Below are positions 21,948-32,388 of a stretch of DNA of 64,000 nt, piece after piece. Both the position numbers and the translations under genes were made by a program. The first letter of the stretch is position 1. Each line of letters begins with the position of its first letter. Below the pieces are notes generated by a model that saw only the letters and a list, made by a program, of their open reading frames with translations, was not told where the DNA came from and searched no databases. Source of the DNA: a virus (Duplodnaviria; Heunggongvirae; Uroviricota; Caudoviricetes; Crassvirales); the IMG/VR virus record IMGVR_UViG_3300033120_000148, positions 11,764 through 75,763 of that record; one strand, given 5' to 3'.

Positions 21948-24900
21948 TTAACAAATAGGTTCACCATTGGCATCCTTGTAATCATCATTAGATTGTATTG
22001 AATTAATACCTGAATGAATATTAGGAGCATCTTCTAATTCTGATCCATAAACTGCTCTAAAAGCATCCTTTGGAATATCCATAATACCTTTTATATCATC
22101 AGCAGATGGTTCTTGCTTTTCCATAGATTCATCACTTGAGTCATCTATATTATCTGTAGAATCTTCCTCATTATAATCAGTATTATTATTATCCTCAGTT
22201 ACACTATTACCAGTATCATTTATATCAGTATTACTATTAGATGGCAATACAGAATTCATAGCATCTACATCTTTACCATATTCATACTCTAAGAAATTAT
22301 TAACTTTTCCTAGAGGTTTAATTCTATAGTAAGTTGCCGTATTTAATTCACTGCCTTCATCTTTCTTATAATAGAAGAAGTCATCTTTTCCTTTTACTGC
22401 TATATAATCAAGAAAATCATATATAGTTGTACCATTTACAGTAATAGCAGTTTTAATAAAAGGATCTAAGTCAACTCTTGGGAAATTCCCATCAATAGTA
22501 AATTCTTTTATTGCTTTATTATCCTTAACTATATTATCTTTTATTGAACCTGTTTTTATCTCTGGTACTAATCTTCTATTATTTAAGTGATTACTAATAT
22601 ATTGACCTATAAATTCTTTATAACTATCATTAGTATTTAGTAAACCTCTTAATGTAGAAATATAATCAGGTACAGCTAATCTTAAAGATGTTGGAGCTAA
22701 ATGAATGAATGAATTAGCACCAAAAGAAAATCCATTTCTATAGAAGTTATATCTAAATAAATTTAGAGCTAACTTTTGTGCTTCCTCATTCTTCATATAG
22801 AGTAATGATTCCCAATCTCTCATATATCTCTCTTTAAGAGTAGAACTTAGTTGACCTACATTCTTAAATACAAGAGTTTCTACTGGATTGGTTCTAGAAG
22901 GCTTAACAACTTGTAATCTCTTAATAAAATCAAGAGAAGCTATATCTTCATTATTAGTTACAATCTTCTTAAATTCAGAAGGAAAATTATTAATAAAGTT
23001 TCTTCTTTTATCTTCAGAAGTTATCTCTCCAAACTCACTACCAAAGAATTTAGTTTTAGACATTACATATACTAGTAGATCATTATAAATACTATTAATA
23101 GTTTTTACATCTAATTTACCAGTTTTAGAGATGTCATAGAATCCATTAAAGCCATCATAGTTATTACCCTTACCAGTAAATACTTCCTTAAATGACTTTG
23201 TATAATTAGGAAAATACTTTGAGAAAATACCCTCTGTCCCAGTTATACCACAGGTAAAAGCTGCTTGTATATAAGGCAAAGGACTTTCATTTAAAGTATT
23301 TCTTAAATTAGATATTGACATACTCTTACTATCAATTACCTTTACTACATCTGCATTATTCAAAGGAAAACTTAGAGTATCCATCTTATCATAAAGTGTC
23401 TCAACTTTCTGTATCTTATTCATAGTATGAGCTATAGTAGGACCTGCAGCTCCAGCTGGAGTATCAGATCTTGTAGCTTGAACAACTAGACTAAGAGCAT
23501 CTGCTGAGTTCATTATTCTTTGAAATAGTACTCCAATAGCTAATTGATTTCTAGAGAATTCTATTGTATCAGCTTTACTTCTATTATTATTTTGTAGTAA
23601 ATACTGAGCTAATTCCTCATTACTAAAACTTCTTCCAGCATAGTTATCATAAGATAGTATCTTAGATACACTAGATCTTTTAGCATATTTACTTAGAACA
23701 TTCTTAATAGCAGTATCTTTGTTTATACCACTTCTATAATTTCTAAAATAATAATTAGTCATGTCTTTTACAATAGGCTGACTCATAAGTAAACCTATTT
23801 CAACAGGAGTATAACCTAATCTTGATAATAACATAGAAGCATCAGAAGTAAATAGATTTTGATTAATATCTGCTAGTACTTGATCCTTAACATTATCTAC
23901 TGAAGCAGCAAGAAAACCTGCATTATTTCTAGAAATAAATTCTCCTTCAGGATTCTTTATTTCATGTAAAGAAGTTAAAGATTTACCATTAAGAACAAAT
24001 TTACCTGCAGAATTTAATTCTAACTTAGTATGCTGTATTAGAGCATGATTAGAGTTATGATTTGCATACATCTTAATCAATTCTCCACCAGTCATATTTT
24101 GTTGATGAAAATAAACTTGTGTCCTAGGAGATAAAGGATTTATAAACTTCCTATTCTTTTCTGCCAGTTTCTCTAGTACCTTAACATTAGTGATATTTAA
24201 TAATGTTTCTAATACAGATTGACTAGGAGAATTTGACATACCTTTTAAATCTTCTCTTAAAGATTCTATAGTAGAATTTTGTAATATAGATACAATCTTA
24301 GCTGCTCTTTTCTGATAATCAAATCCACCAGGATTAAGAATTTTAGGAGCAGTATCAGGATTAGTTAGTACTCCATACATCATATCAATAATCAGATTAT
24401 TTCTAGCTGCTAAAGAATTCTCTTCTGGCTTTAAATTAAAATCATATTTTATTTTGTATAAAGAGGTTCTTTGCTTCCTATAGTTTTCTTTATTACTTCT
24501 GAACCACTCTTTAAATGAAGGGTCTTCATCTTCATTTAATTCATTTGCTAATTGGCTATTAGAGAATGAAGACATTATAGAGTGATAGGCTGCATTTGAT
24601 TTAGCAAAATCTTCTCTAGCCTGTCTTATATTATACTTAGATATACCAAATTCAGGTAACATAATATATAATTTATCTACATCAAAATCTGAACCTGATA
24701 AGGCAGTAATCTCTGAAGGTAACATTATAGCTGAACCATTCTGTTGAGGAAGAAAACCCTTGATATACAGAGGAACCATACTATATTTATCTTCAGTTGG
24801 AACTCTATATCCTATTAACTTTCTAAGATCCTCAGGTAATTTAGACACATCTAATTGATGAGTTTCTGGATTCATTAATGGTTCATAGAAGTCTCTACTG

Positions 24901-27900
24901 TAAGCAGGCATGTAGCATTCAAGATACTTAATTCTTTTGTTCTCTCCCTTACCTGTAAATACAATATGTAAATCATCTGATAATCCATAATCAGAAACCT
25001 GAATTAATGCTCCACCTTTTAGTTTTTGTTTAACTATTCTACTCTTAATAATACTGTTAAGCATCTGCTGAGTTTTAACAGATTGCACAGGGTCAAATAA
25101 TGGAATAGTAAAATCACCATTATTATCTAATGTACAAGCTTTAATCATATCATAGTTATACTTCTTATTACCCTTGACAGTTTCAATTAATATATTAGAC
25201 ACCTCTTTAGGATCTAGAAGTTCTTTCTTAACAGAGTCATAAGACTCTAACATATTCTCAGTAATAATACTATTATAGAGAGAAAGAAATTCAGCCTTAC
25301 TAAAGTTCTTGCCATTAACTGATATAATTGCATCTTCTGGAATATCTGCTGTAATTAGTTTCTTTATCTGTGTTCCTAATAATTGCTTAGCATCTATTAA
25401 ATGCTCAGGTGTTGCAGTCTGAATACCATAATCTTCATAGCTTATAGCATGTACAACATTAGGGTCTTCATTACCTGCTGCTATTCCAGTAGTATTATTT
25501 AGAATTTCTAAAGTCTTATCAAATGAATCTACATTATAAGAATCTATTTGCTTATTATATTCCTCTTGTGTAATAGTGCCTTCTTTTAAGTCATTATCTA
25601 GTTTCTTCTTTACAGAATTATCTATAGTAGAATTTAGATTTATTACTCCTTGTTTACCTACTTTTACAGCAGATTCAAATTGCACTACATCTATATTATT
25701 CTGCTCCATGAAACTATTAATAGCTCTTAATTTGCCAGATTTACCTAGAGGACCAGATACTAAGTTGTACATAGCTAAAAGTAAAAACTCTGAGTTCTTA
25801 TGCTGTACAGGTGTTTTAATATTACCAAAGGTATCTATACCACTATTATTACTTACTTGTGTAAATACAAATGGTTTAATAGTCTGCCAAATAGTATCAA
25901 AATCTGAAGCATCCCAAGTATTATTCTTGAAATTATGATAAGCTTTTTCCATATCATCATTCCAATCTCCAGACATAACCTTAATAGCTCTATAAGAATC
26001 TAGACTTCTATAAGCTTGAGCATCAGCTACATTTACTTCTTTAAACTTCTTAATGATTTCCTCTCTACCAGGAACATTCTTCTCTTTCAATATTTCATTA
26101 ATATCATCTAGAACGCTAGAAGTTATCTCTTCATCTTTAAGATAAATAGTTCTTTCTATTTTCCTACCTACTTTTTCACCATTAAATGTAGCATCAGTAT
26201 TTAATCTAAGAGGAGAGGCATAAATCTCCTTATATCTCTTTTGAAAATCTACTGCACCTTTATAAAATGCTAAATCAGTAGTAGTTAATTGAATTATTTG
26301 AGAAGTTGCAAATGAACTATTCCAGAAGTATTCTCTGAAAGCTTCCTTAGCAGTATTCTTTAATGATAATCTACTCTTTAGATTCTCTAGTTTTTCTGCT
26401 GATTTCTCATCAGAAAACTCCAATTCATAAATGTCATCTAGAACTGATGAAGCAAAGTTATCATTAATAGGACTATTATTAACATACTGTTGTAATAGAG
26501 ACTCCATATTCTCACTCCAAGACTCAGAACTTTCAGAAGTTACTAATTGCTTAATCTCTCTAAGAAGTTTTGCCTGATTAGAATTATTCTTTATGATACT
26601 ATCTCTGAAAGTTAAATTCTTAAATTTACCATTTTCAGTTTCCTCAAATACACCATTATCATACCATTCTTTATAAGCATCTTCAAAAGAAGACTCCATA
26701 ATATCTTGTATAACTGCTGATATATAAGATTTCATTGCAGCACCATCACCATCTTCTCTAAGTCTAGCTATAGTATCTAAGAATGACTCACCCTGCAATT
26801 CTACAGAGTTTAACTGTGGTAAGAACTTAAATTCTGCTCCACCAATATTACTGATTTCACCATTATTATTTCTAACAATATCAAAATTAGTTATTGGTTT
26901 AATTGACTTATCCCCACTCTGATAGGCATTATCTCTAGCTCTCACTAGCATAATTCTATCATACTCTTGTCCTACTAGATCTATAAATTTAGTAGTCAGT
27001 ATCTCTTGATAGCTCATAGGTTCACCATCCTCATTATACATATCTCCATTAGTATATTTTCTAAATCTAATGAATTCTGCAGAAGGACTATCAGATAAAA
27101 TAGGTACATGATACCATGCCCACTTAGTATCTGATTTAATATTAGAGGGTTCACTATTATACTCATTAAATAGAATTAAAGAATAATCTAGGTCATCCCA
27201 TTTAGTATATTCTACCTTGTCTGAATTTAATAATACCTTTCTATTTAAACCTTCTCTCATTTTAGGAGAATTGACTAACTGATTAAGCCAATCATTTCTC
27301 CAAGAATTATTCTTAAAGAACCAGTTATATTGTTTAAATTCTGTATTTATGAATTGCTCAAACCTCTCTTCATTATTGTATACATTTTTAAGATTTTTAA
27401 TTAATTTACCAAGATAACTAGGATTTACATGAGAATAGTAGGATTTACCATTCTCTCTACTACTGCTCTCTATAGCATCTTCAGTTACTTCTGCAAGCAT
27501 ATTTGCTATATTAGAATATGAATTGCTAAATAAATTAATTAAATCATTTTTATTATTATCTGAAGTACTAACTTTATTCTTTGCTATACCACTAAAGATA
27601 ACATTTAATGAATTAACTAGAGTAACTACAGATGGAGTAAAGTCTACTTTATCAGTCCCTATATATGTACCAATAACTTTCTTTAACATATCAGGATTAG
27701 CATCTACACCAACCATATGCAATGCCTTTAGTAAGTCATTAAATATAGATTCATCTTCGCCTGCTAATTCTGCTTTATCTTTATTAGATAAATTATTAAA
27801 TTTACTATTGATACCTGATAATATAGCTAGACCTTTACCAGCATTACTAGCATTAAAACCTTGTGAAGTATAAACACTATCTTTATCTAGTATTACATTA

Positions 27901-29153
27901 CCTTCATAGTTATCTCTCCAACTATTTATTAGATAATATATACCTTCAGGTTTATTAACCTGCTTAGTTTGTACATTAAATGTTCCATCAGGATTTAACT
28001 TCTTGATTTGAATCCAATAAGGTGTAAAATCCTTTCTGAAATCTTGATAGAATTTAGAGAATAAAGTATTATCACCTTGTATAGTTTTGATTAGTTGTTT
28101 AACCCAAACTTTATTATTTGATAATTTATCTAAAGTAGGAATCATATCACTGGAGTTAATCATGTCCTTTAAGCTATCAATCAAAGCAGCATGAACATAA
28201 TCAGCATCCAGATACCTAGGGAAACCTAAATCATCCTTCTCAATCTTACCTCTGCTATTAAGCTTAGGTATGTTGCTTATTACTTCTCTTACTTTCTTAG
28301 ACAGTGACTCATGTGAGCTAATTTCTCTAAAATTAGTCATCCAACCATCTTTAACAGATTCCTCTTTAGATAATTCATCAGCCTTTACTTTTACAGCATC
28401 TGTATCAGATTCTGTCATATCCACATCTGAAGAAGCCATATCATCTGAATCTACTACTATACCTTCAGTAATAGATAAAATAGCTCCTGCCTCATCTGCT
28501 AAAGCTCTGAAATTTCTAATTAGTTTTTCATATTCAGAATTTTTATAGGCAGCTATTTTCTTAGCTGCTTCTAATTTCTTTTCATCTGAATATCTTTCAG
28601 AGCCTTTCTTAGAATTAATAGTATCAAGTTCTGCTGCAATATTATTCTCCATAGAGTCATTAACATACTTTTTAAATATGTCTAGAACTCTATTAAAGAT
28701 GCCAGCAGGAGTATATAAATTAAGAACAGATATTCTATCCAAATCATTTAATTTGGAAATAAGTTCTTCTTTATTTTCAACCTCTGGGTCTCCTGACTTT
28801 TTATTTACATATTCAGATACCTCCTGTAATGAAGTATCAATTTCATTACTAAATAATTTTGCTATTAAATTAGCTCTATCCCTTCTTTTAATAGGATCAT
28901 AGTCCTTTGCAACTTGTCTTAAATCATCACTGTTAGTAGTAATAGTAGTAGTATTATAGTCATAAGAATTATCCTTATTCTCTCTAAGTTTGATCATAAA
29001 GTCAGATAATTCTCCTACAGTTGGATAAGATTCTATAGAACCTTTACCACTTTCTTGCCATAAAGAAATAAGATTTTTAATAGATTCAGCAGTTTCCTGT
29101 GGAAATGATTTCGCTATCTCTTTTATTTCTTCAGTCATTAATAAACAACTCAT
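21948..29153 (-). CDS. Giant 2401-aa protein, candidate crAss-like virion-packaged RNA polymerase (DxDxD-type motif GSDFDVDKLY)
   Basis: Uninterrupted ORF. DFDVD resembles the double-psi beta-barrel Asp triad (NADFDGD / DxDGD) of two-barrel RNAPs. No other recognisable motif, so the function is tentative. Confidence 0.65.
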   Translation of the reverse strand: MSCLLMTEEIKEIAKSFPQETAESIKNLISLWQESGKGSIESYPTVGELSDFMIKLRENKDNSYDYNTTTITTNSDDLRQVAKDYDPIKRRDRANLIAKLFSNEIDTSLQEVSEYVNKKSGDPEVENKEELISKLNDLDRISVLNLYTPAGIFNRVLDIFKKYVNDSMENNIAAELDTINSKKGSERYSDEKKLEAAKKIAAYKNSEYEKLIRNFRALADEAGAILSITEGIVVDSDDMASSDVDMTESDTDAVKVKADELSKEESVKDGWMTNFREISSHESLSKKVREVISNIPKLNSRGKIEKDDLGFPRYLDADYVHAALIDSLKDMINSSDMIPTLDKLSNNKVWVKQLIKTIQGDNTLFSKFYQDFRKDFTPYWIQIKKLNPDGTFNVQTKQVNKPEGIYYLINSWRDNYEGNVILDKDSVYTSQGFNASNAGKGLAILSGINSKFNNLSNKDKAELAGEDESIFNDLLKALHMVGVDANPDMLKKVIGTYIGTDKVDFTPSVVTLVNSLNVIFSGIAKNKVSTSDNNKNDLINLFSNSYSNIANMLAEVTEDAIESSSRENGKSYYSHVNPSYLGKLIKNLKNVYNNEERFEQFINTEFKQYNWFFKNNSWRNDWLNQLVNSPKMREGLNRKVLLNSDKVEYTKWDDLDYSLILFNEYNSEPSNIKSDTKWAWYHVPILSDSPSAEFIRFRKYTNGDMYNEDGEPMSYQEILTTKFIDLVGQEYDRIMLVRARDNAYQSGDKSIKPITNFDIVRNNNGEISNIGGAEFKFLPQLNSVELQGESFLDTIARLREDGDGAAMKSYISAVIQDIMESSFEDAYKEWYDNGVFEETENGKFKNLTFRDSIIKNNSNQAKLLREIKQLVTSESSESWSENMESLLQQYVNNSPINDNFASSVLDDIYELEFSDEKSAEKLENLKSRLSLKNTAKEAFREYFWNSSFATSQIIQLTTTDLAFYKGAVDFQKRYKEIYASPLRLNTDATFNGEKVGRKIERTIYLKDEEITSSVLDDINEILKEKNVPGREEIIKKFKEVNVADAQAYRSLDSYRAIKVMSGDWNDDMEKAYHNFKNNTWDASDFDTIWQTIKPFVFTQVSNNSGIDTFGNIKTPVQHKNSEFLLLAMYNLVSGPLGKSGKLRAINSFMEQNNIDVVQFESAVKVGKQGVINLNSTIDNSVKKKLDNDLKEGTITQEEYNKQIDSYNVDSFDKTLEILNNTTGIAAGNEDPNVVHAISYEDYGIQTATPEHLIDAKQLLGTQIKKLITADIPEDAIISVNGKNFSKAEFLSLYNSIITENMLESYDSVKKELLDPKEVSNILIETVKGNKKYNYDMIKACTLDNNGDFTIPLFDPVQSVKTQQMLNSIIKSRIVKQKLKGGALIQVSDYGLSDDLHIVFTGKGENKRIKYLECYMPAYSRDFYEPLMNPETHQLDVSKLPEDLRKLIGYRVPTEDKYSMVPLYIKGFLPQQNGSAIMLPSEITALSGSDFDVDKLYIMLPEFGISKYNIRQAREDFAKSNAAYHSIMSSFSNSQLANELNEDEDPSFKEWFRSNKENYRKQRTSLYKIKYDFNLKPEENSLAARNNLIIDMMYGVLTNPDTAPKILNPGGFDYQKRAAKIVSILQNSTIESLREDLKGMSNSPSQSVLETLLNITNVKVLEKLAEKNRKFINPLSPRTQVYFHQQNMTGGELIKMYANHNSNHALIQHTKLELNSAGKFVLNGKSLTSLHEIKNPEGEFISRNNAGFLAASVDNVKDQVLADINQNLFTSDASMLLSRLGYTPVEIGLLMSQPIVKDMTNYYFRNYRSGINKDTAIKNVLSKYAKRSSVSKILSYDNYAGRSFSNEELAQYLLQNNNRSKADTIEFSRNQLAIGVLFQRIMNSADALSLVVQATRSDTPAGAAGPTIAHTMNKIQKVETLYDKMDTLSFPLNNADVVKVIDSKSMSISNLRNTLNESPLPYIQAAFTCGITGTEGIFSKYFPNYTKSFKEVFTGKGNNYDGFNGFYDISKTGKLDVKTINSIYNDLLVYVMSKTKFFGSEFGEITSEDKRRNFINNFPSEFKKIVTNNEDIASLDFIKRLQVVKPSRTNPVETLVFKNVGQLSSTLKERYMRDWESLLYMKNEEAQKLALNLFRYNFYRNGFSFGANSFIHLAPTSLRLAVPDYISTLRGLLNTNDSYKEFIGQYISNHLNNRRLVPEIKTGSIKDNIVKDNKAIKEFTIDGNFPRVDLDPFIKTAITVNGTTIYDFLDYIAVKGKDDFFYYKKDEGSELNTATYYRIKPLGKVNNFLEYEYGKDVDAMNSVLPSNSNTDINDTGNSVTEDNNNTDYNEEDSTDNIDDSSDESMEKQEPSADDIKGIMDIPKDAFRAVYGSELEDAPNIHSGINSIQSNDDYKDANGEPIC

Positions 29154-29169
29154 AATTTTTATTTTTTAA

Positions 29170-29190
29170 TTATTTTGCAAAGGTAATACT
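29170..29190 (-). promoter_or_regulatory. Bacteroidota-type -7 element TACCTTTG (minus strand) 24 nt upstream of the ATG of the 2401-aa gene
   Basis: Reverse complement of CAAAGGTA at 29178-29185, followed on the minus strand by CAAAA, similar to the plus-strand motif. Confidence 0.4.
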
Positions 29191-29257
29191 TTTAATTCAT
29201 AAAAACAATACTATAAGTATAAAACTTATAGTATATTTATATTTAATATATTAGAAC

Positions 29258-30091
29258 TTAAATTCTAAACATGTCATATATTGTTTCTTTTACTTTTTTA
29301 GCTAATATTTGAATATCAGGATGGGCATTAGGAGATTCTCTTAATTTAATGAAATCCTGCCATTGTGGTAAAGTACCTGTCATAACTAGTTCTGTTTTTA
29401 GAGCTAAAGGTAATATATCTCTAGCTTGTTGAGGTTGCATACCTCCTTTTAGTAATTCAAAATATCTTCTTTCACTATCTTCAAGAGTAAAGTTAAAAAT
29501 ACCTTCATTCTCGTTAGCAATTATACCCCCTTCATTTACACCTGTATACCAATAGGGTTTAATAAAAGTAAGTTGATTATCAAACTTATCCATACTATAG
29601 TTACAATAACGTGAACTTTCTTGGGAGAAGCTAAATATTCTATGCCTAACCAACTCATTCGCTATAGCCCTGCTACAAATGAACTTAAATGTTATCCTAG
29701 GTATATGTTGATCATATTGTATCACTGAATAATCATCATATAACTGTTCAATATGATTCTCAACTAGTACTCTATAATTGGTTGTAATATATAGTGTACC
29801 ATTACGTTCATTGTAGAAAGTATAAGGAGAACTCAAAAGAGTTTCTATATCTGGTTTTCTTATACTTAATTCATTACCTCTTATACATAGATATACAGTA
29901 CCATGTTCTAATACAGATAAATGCCCACTACTTATAATCCGATTTATAAATCCTCTATATGAGTCATCGGTAATTTTATCCTCTGATTTGTAACATACTC
30001 TACCTACAGTTTCAATAAATTTAAATAGTTCTGGCAAATCAGTATCTCTATCCCTCTGAAGCATTGTTACACATTGTTCTATTAATTTCAT
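29258..30091 (-). CDS. thyX: Flavin-dependent thymidylate synthase ThyX
   Basis: ThyX signature RHRX7S present as ELVRHRIFSFSQESSRY. Length 277 aa is typical. Confidence 0.85.
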   Translation of the reverse strand: MKLIEQCVTMLQRDRDTDLPELFKFIETVGRVCYKSEDKITDDSYRGFINRIISSGHLSVLEHGTVYLCIRGNELSIRKPDIETLLSSPYTFYNERNGTLYITTNYRVLVENHIEQLYDDYSVIQYDQHIPRITFKFICSRAIANELVRHRIFSFSQESSRYCNYSMDKFDNQLTFIKPYWYTGVNEGGIIANENEGIFNFTLEDSERRYFELLKGGMQPQQARDILPLALKTELVMTGTLPQWQDFIKLRESPNAHPDIQILAKKVKETIYDMFRI

Positions 30092-30095
30092 ATTT

Positions 30096-30275
30096 TTATT
30101 TTAAATTATTTTCTTTTATAAGTCTTTTAGCTATTACACATCTAATATTAAAAGGCACACTTATATGCTTTCCTATACTATTAGTAAAGATAAAATGATC
30201 TCCTTTTTTTCTATTTAAATAAAAGCCATTATTATTTAGTAATTTTGTAAATTCTTTAAAGGTATATTGTTTCAT
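30096..30275 (-). CDS. HicA-like (YcfA family) putative mRNA interferase, 59 aa; not in the ORF track (<60 aa)
   Basis: MKQYTFKEFTKLLNNNGFYLNRKKGDHFIFTNSIGKHISVPFNIRCVIAKRLIKENNLK aligns along its whole length with E. coli HicA (MKQSEFRRWLESQGV..GSNHLKLRF..MPRH..IKEPLRKAILKQLGL). Overlaps the 3' end of the kinase gene by 20 nt. Confidence 0.5.
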   Translation of the reverse strand: MKQYTFKEFTKLLNNNGFYLNRKKGDHFIFTNSIGKHISVPFNIRCVIAKRLIKENNLK

Positions 30276-30726
30276 CTGAATTTAATATATCTTTATAGTT
30301 TTTATATAAAGAGGTAATAAGTTCCTCACCAACAGGGTGGGTTCTAAATGAATCTCTAAATATACACTCTTCTAATGATTCATTGAAGGTTCTAACAGAA
30401 ATAGTGCAATTAATCTTATAGGTATTACAATATTTCTTAATTAATTCTACCTCTTTCTTTAGTAAAGTAATACTTAGATTCATATTATCAACTACTACAC
30501 TTAGTCCATTTTTTATAGTCTCTTTAATTATTGCTAATCTAGTTTTTCTAAATAAAGGACCTAGTACTTGATTAAAAGGAAATTCTAATGGCTGCATCAT
30601 CAGCTTTAAGTCATCATTATTTATTCTTATCCTTTTAGTAGTATCTTTTAGAACCCACTCCTTTGCCCACACAGTTTTCCCACTTCCTGGAATACCTCTG
30701 CAAAATATTATTTCTATTTCATTCAT
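30256..30726 (-). CDS. P-loop kinase (polynucleotide kinase / dNMP kinase-like)
   Basis: Walker A FCRGIPGSGKTVWA at the N-terminus. Short at 156 aa. Confidence 0.55.
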   Translation of the reverse strand: MNEIEIIFCRGIPGSGKTVWAKEWVLKDTTKRIRINNDDLKLMMQPLEFPFNQVLGPLFRKTRLAIIKETIKNGLSVVVDNMNLSITLLKKEVELIKKYCNTYKINCTISVRTFNESLEECIFRDSFRTHPVGEELITSLYKNYKDILNSDETIYL

Positions 30727-30932
30727 ATTTTTTTTATTATTTCTTTTTATTGTTTTTCTTTATAACTAGTATCTTATCAGATATAAATAAGAGAAATGTT
30801 ATCCAAGACCCTACAGATATAAATAAAGCAAGTAGTAGATCACCTAAAGTTAATCCTACAACTTTTTCTTTATATATTGACTTAGCTATAATATAGTAGG
30901 AGCAAATTACTCCTACTATATATAGTATAAAC

Positions 30933-31259
30933 TTAATCATTGTGCTGTCTGTCATCTGGTATATCATTAATTTGATTATCTTCTTTATAAGCTACATATA
31001 GAATATGGATACAAACAAAGATTGCTATAACCATAACTATTTCAAGCATAAATGGAAATAATACAAAGAACCAAGGAAGTGATAATACTTTACCTAGTTT
31101 TAATATAACAAAGAATACACTTGCTATAAATAAGGGAGATTTAAATATATTACTTACTTTTCTACCTTTTAATTGTGTGTCTTTAAACTCCTTAAATGTA
31201 AGGAGTTTCTTTGCATCATCTTTTTTTACACTTTCAACTGAATTCTCTTCTAATTCCAT
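30933..31259 (-). CDS. Membrane protein, 108 aa
   Basis: Two hydrophobic helices (LFIASVFFVILKLGKVL, FFVLFPFMLEIVMVIAIFVCIHILYV). Confidence 0.45.
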   Translation of the reverse strand: MELEENSVESVKKDDAKKLLTFKEFKDTQLKGRKVSNIFKSPLFIASVFFVILKLGKVLSLPWFFVLFPFMLEIVMVIAIFVCIHILYVAYKEDNQINDIPDDRQHND

Positions 31260-31296
31260 ATTTATTTTATTTAAATTATTTTACTATAAGAATATA

Positions 31297-31725
31297 TTAG
31301 TCATTTGTATTAGCTAGATCTCTTCTCTTATCTAATATATCTAAATACTTCTTCATTACTTCTTTCTGTTCAACTAATAAAGCAGTAACTTCAGTACTTT
31401 TAACTATATCATTAAAATTATCTGAATCAAGAAAATCACATAATCTTATATAGTTTTTAGCTAATTCATTAAATTCAAGAGTTAATCTATCTTTAAATGT
31501 ATCTGCTAAACTATAAGAAGATTCAAAATTGTCTTTAGGAAGCCATTGTATATACCCTTTATACCCTTCAACATTAGGTTTATTACTAAGATCTTCTACT
31601 AAGAAACCTTCATCAGAGCCATTTTCATTTTCTGGCAGTGTCCAACCTCTTAATTCATTATACTTTAACCTAGTCATAGGTTTAGCATTAACTTCTTTTA
31701 TTCCTTTGTACTTTTTCATTTTCAT
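31297..31725 (-). CDS. Hypothetical protein, 142 aa
   Basis: ORF only. Confidence 0.45.
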   Translation of the reverse strand: MKMKKYKGIKEVNAKPMTRLKYNELRGWTLPENENGSDEGFLVEDLSNKPNVEGYKGYIQWLPKDNFESSYSLADTFKDRLTLEFNELAKNYIRLCDFLDSDNFNDIVKSTEVTALLVEQKEVMKKYLDILDKRRDLANTND

Positions 31726-31982
31726 TTTTTAATAAATTTATTTTTTACTTCTTTAAGAGTTTTAATCTCATCTTGAAGATACCATATAGCTTTTTCTAAG
31801 TCTTCAATAGTTTTATCAATAATTGTCATTGAAGAATCTTCTTTATGCCCTGATCTTAAAATATACTTAATGGCATTACCTAAATCAAAGTCTAACCATC
31901 TTGCAATATCTATAACTTCAATACCACTTTTCTCCTTTAACCAATTATAATGAGAAGGATGATTTACATTATTCTGACTCAT
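31722..31982 (-). CDS. Hypothetical protein, 86 aa
   Basis: ORF with start/stop overlap to its neighbours. Confidence 0.4.
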   Translation of the reverse strand: MSQNNVNHPSHYNWLKEKSGIEVIDIARWLDFDLGNAIKYILRSGHKEDSSMTIIDKTIEDLEKAIWYLQDEIKTLKEVKNKFIKK

Positions 31983-32358
31983 ACTGTTTTAACTTTTTTC
32001 TTAATAAAGATATTTCTAATTTTAACTTCTCTACTTCTACATTGTTAGCATGTTTAGTAGTTAAGTCTTTAAAGTTTTTTAAGTCATCATCAGAGTATTT
32101 ATTACATATATTTATAAGATCATTAGCTCTTCTTAATTCTTTAATGATATTATTCTTTTCTACTACTAAATTCTTTAATTCTACTATAGGATCAGAGGAC
32201 TCAATACAATTTATTAATTCCTCTGATTCTCCAAGTCTAATTAAAGCATCTTTATAATAGGCTTTTCTCTCTTCATCATACTTTTTAAAAGCCTTAATTT
32301 GACTACTTAAAAATGCTATTTTCTTAGTTTTACTATCTAATAATTCTTCATTTAACAT
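31969..32358 (-). CDS. Coiled-coil hypothetical protein, 129 aa
   Basis: Heptad-rich K/E/L composition. Confidence 0.4.
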   Translation of the reverse strand: MLNEELLDSKTKKIAFLSSQIKAFKKYDEERKAYYKDALIRLGESEELINCIESSDPIVELKNLVVEKNNIIKELRRANDLINICNKYSDDDLKNFKDLTTKHANNVEVEKLKLEISLLRKKLKQYESE

Positions 32359-32388
32359 AGTTTATTTTTTTAATGTACCCAATGATCA

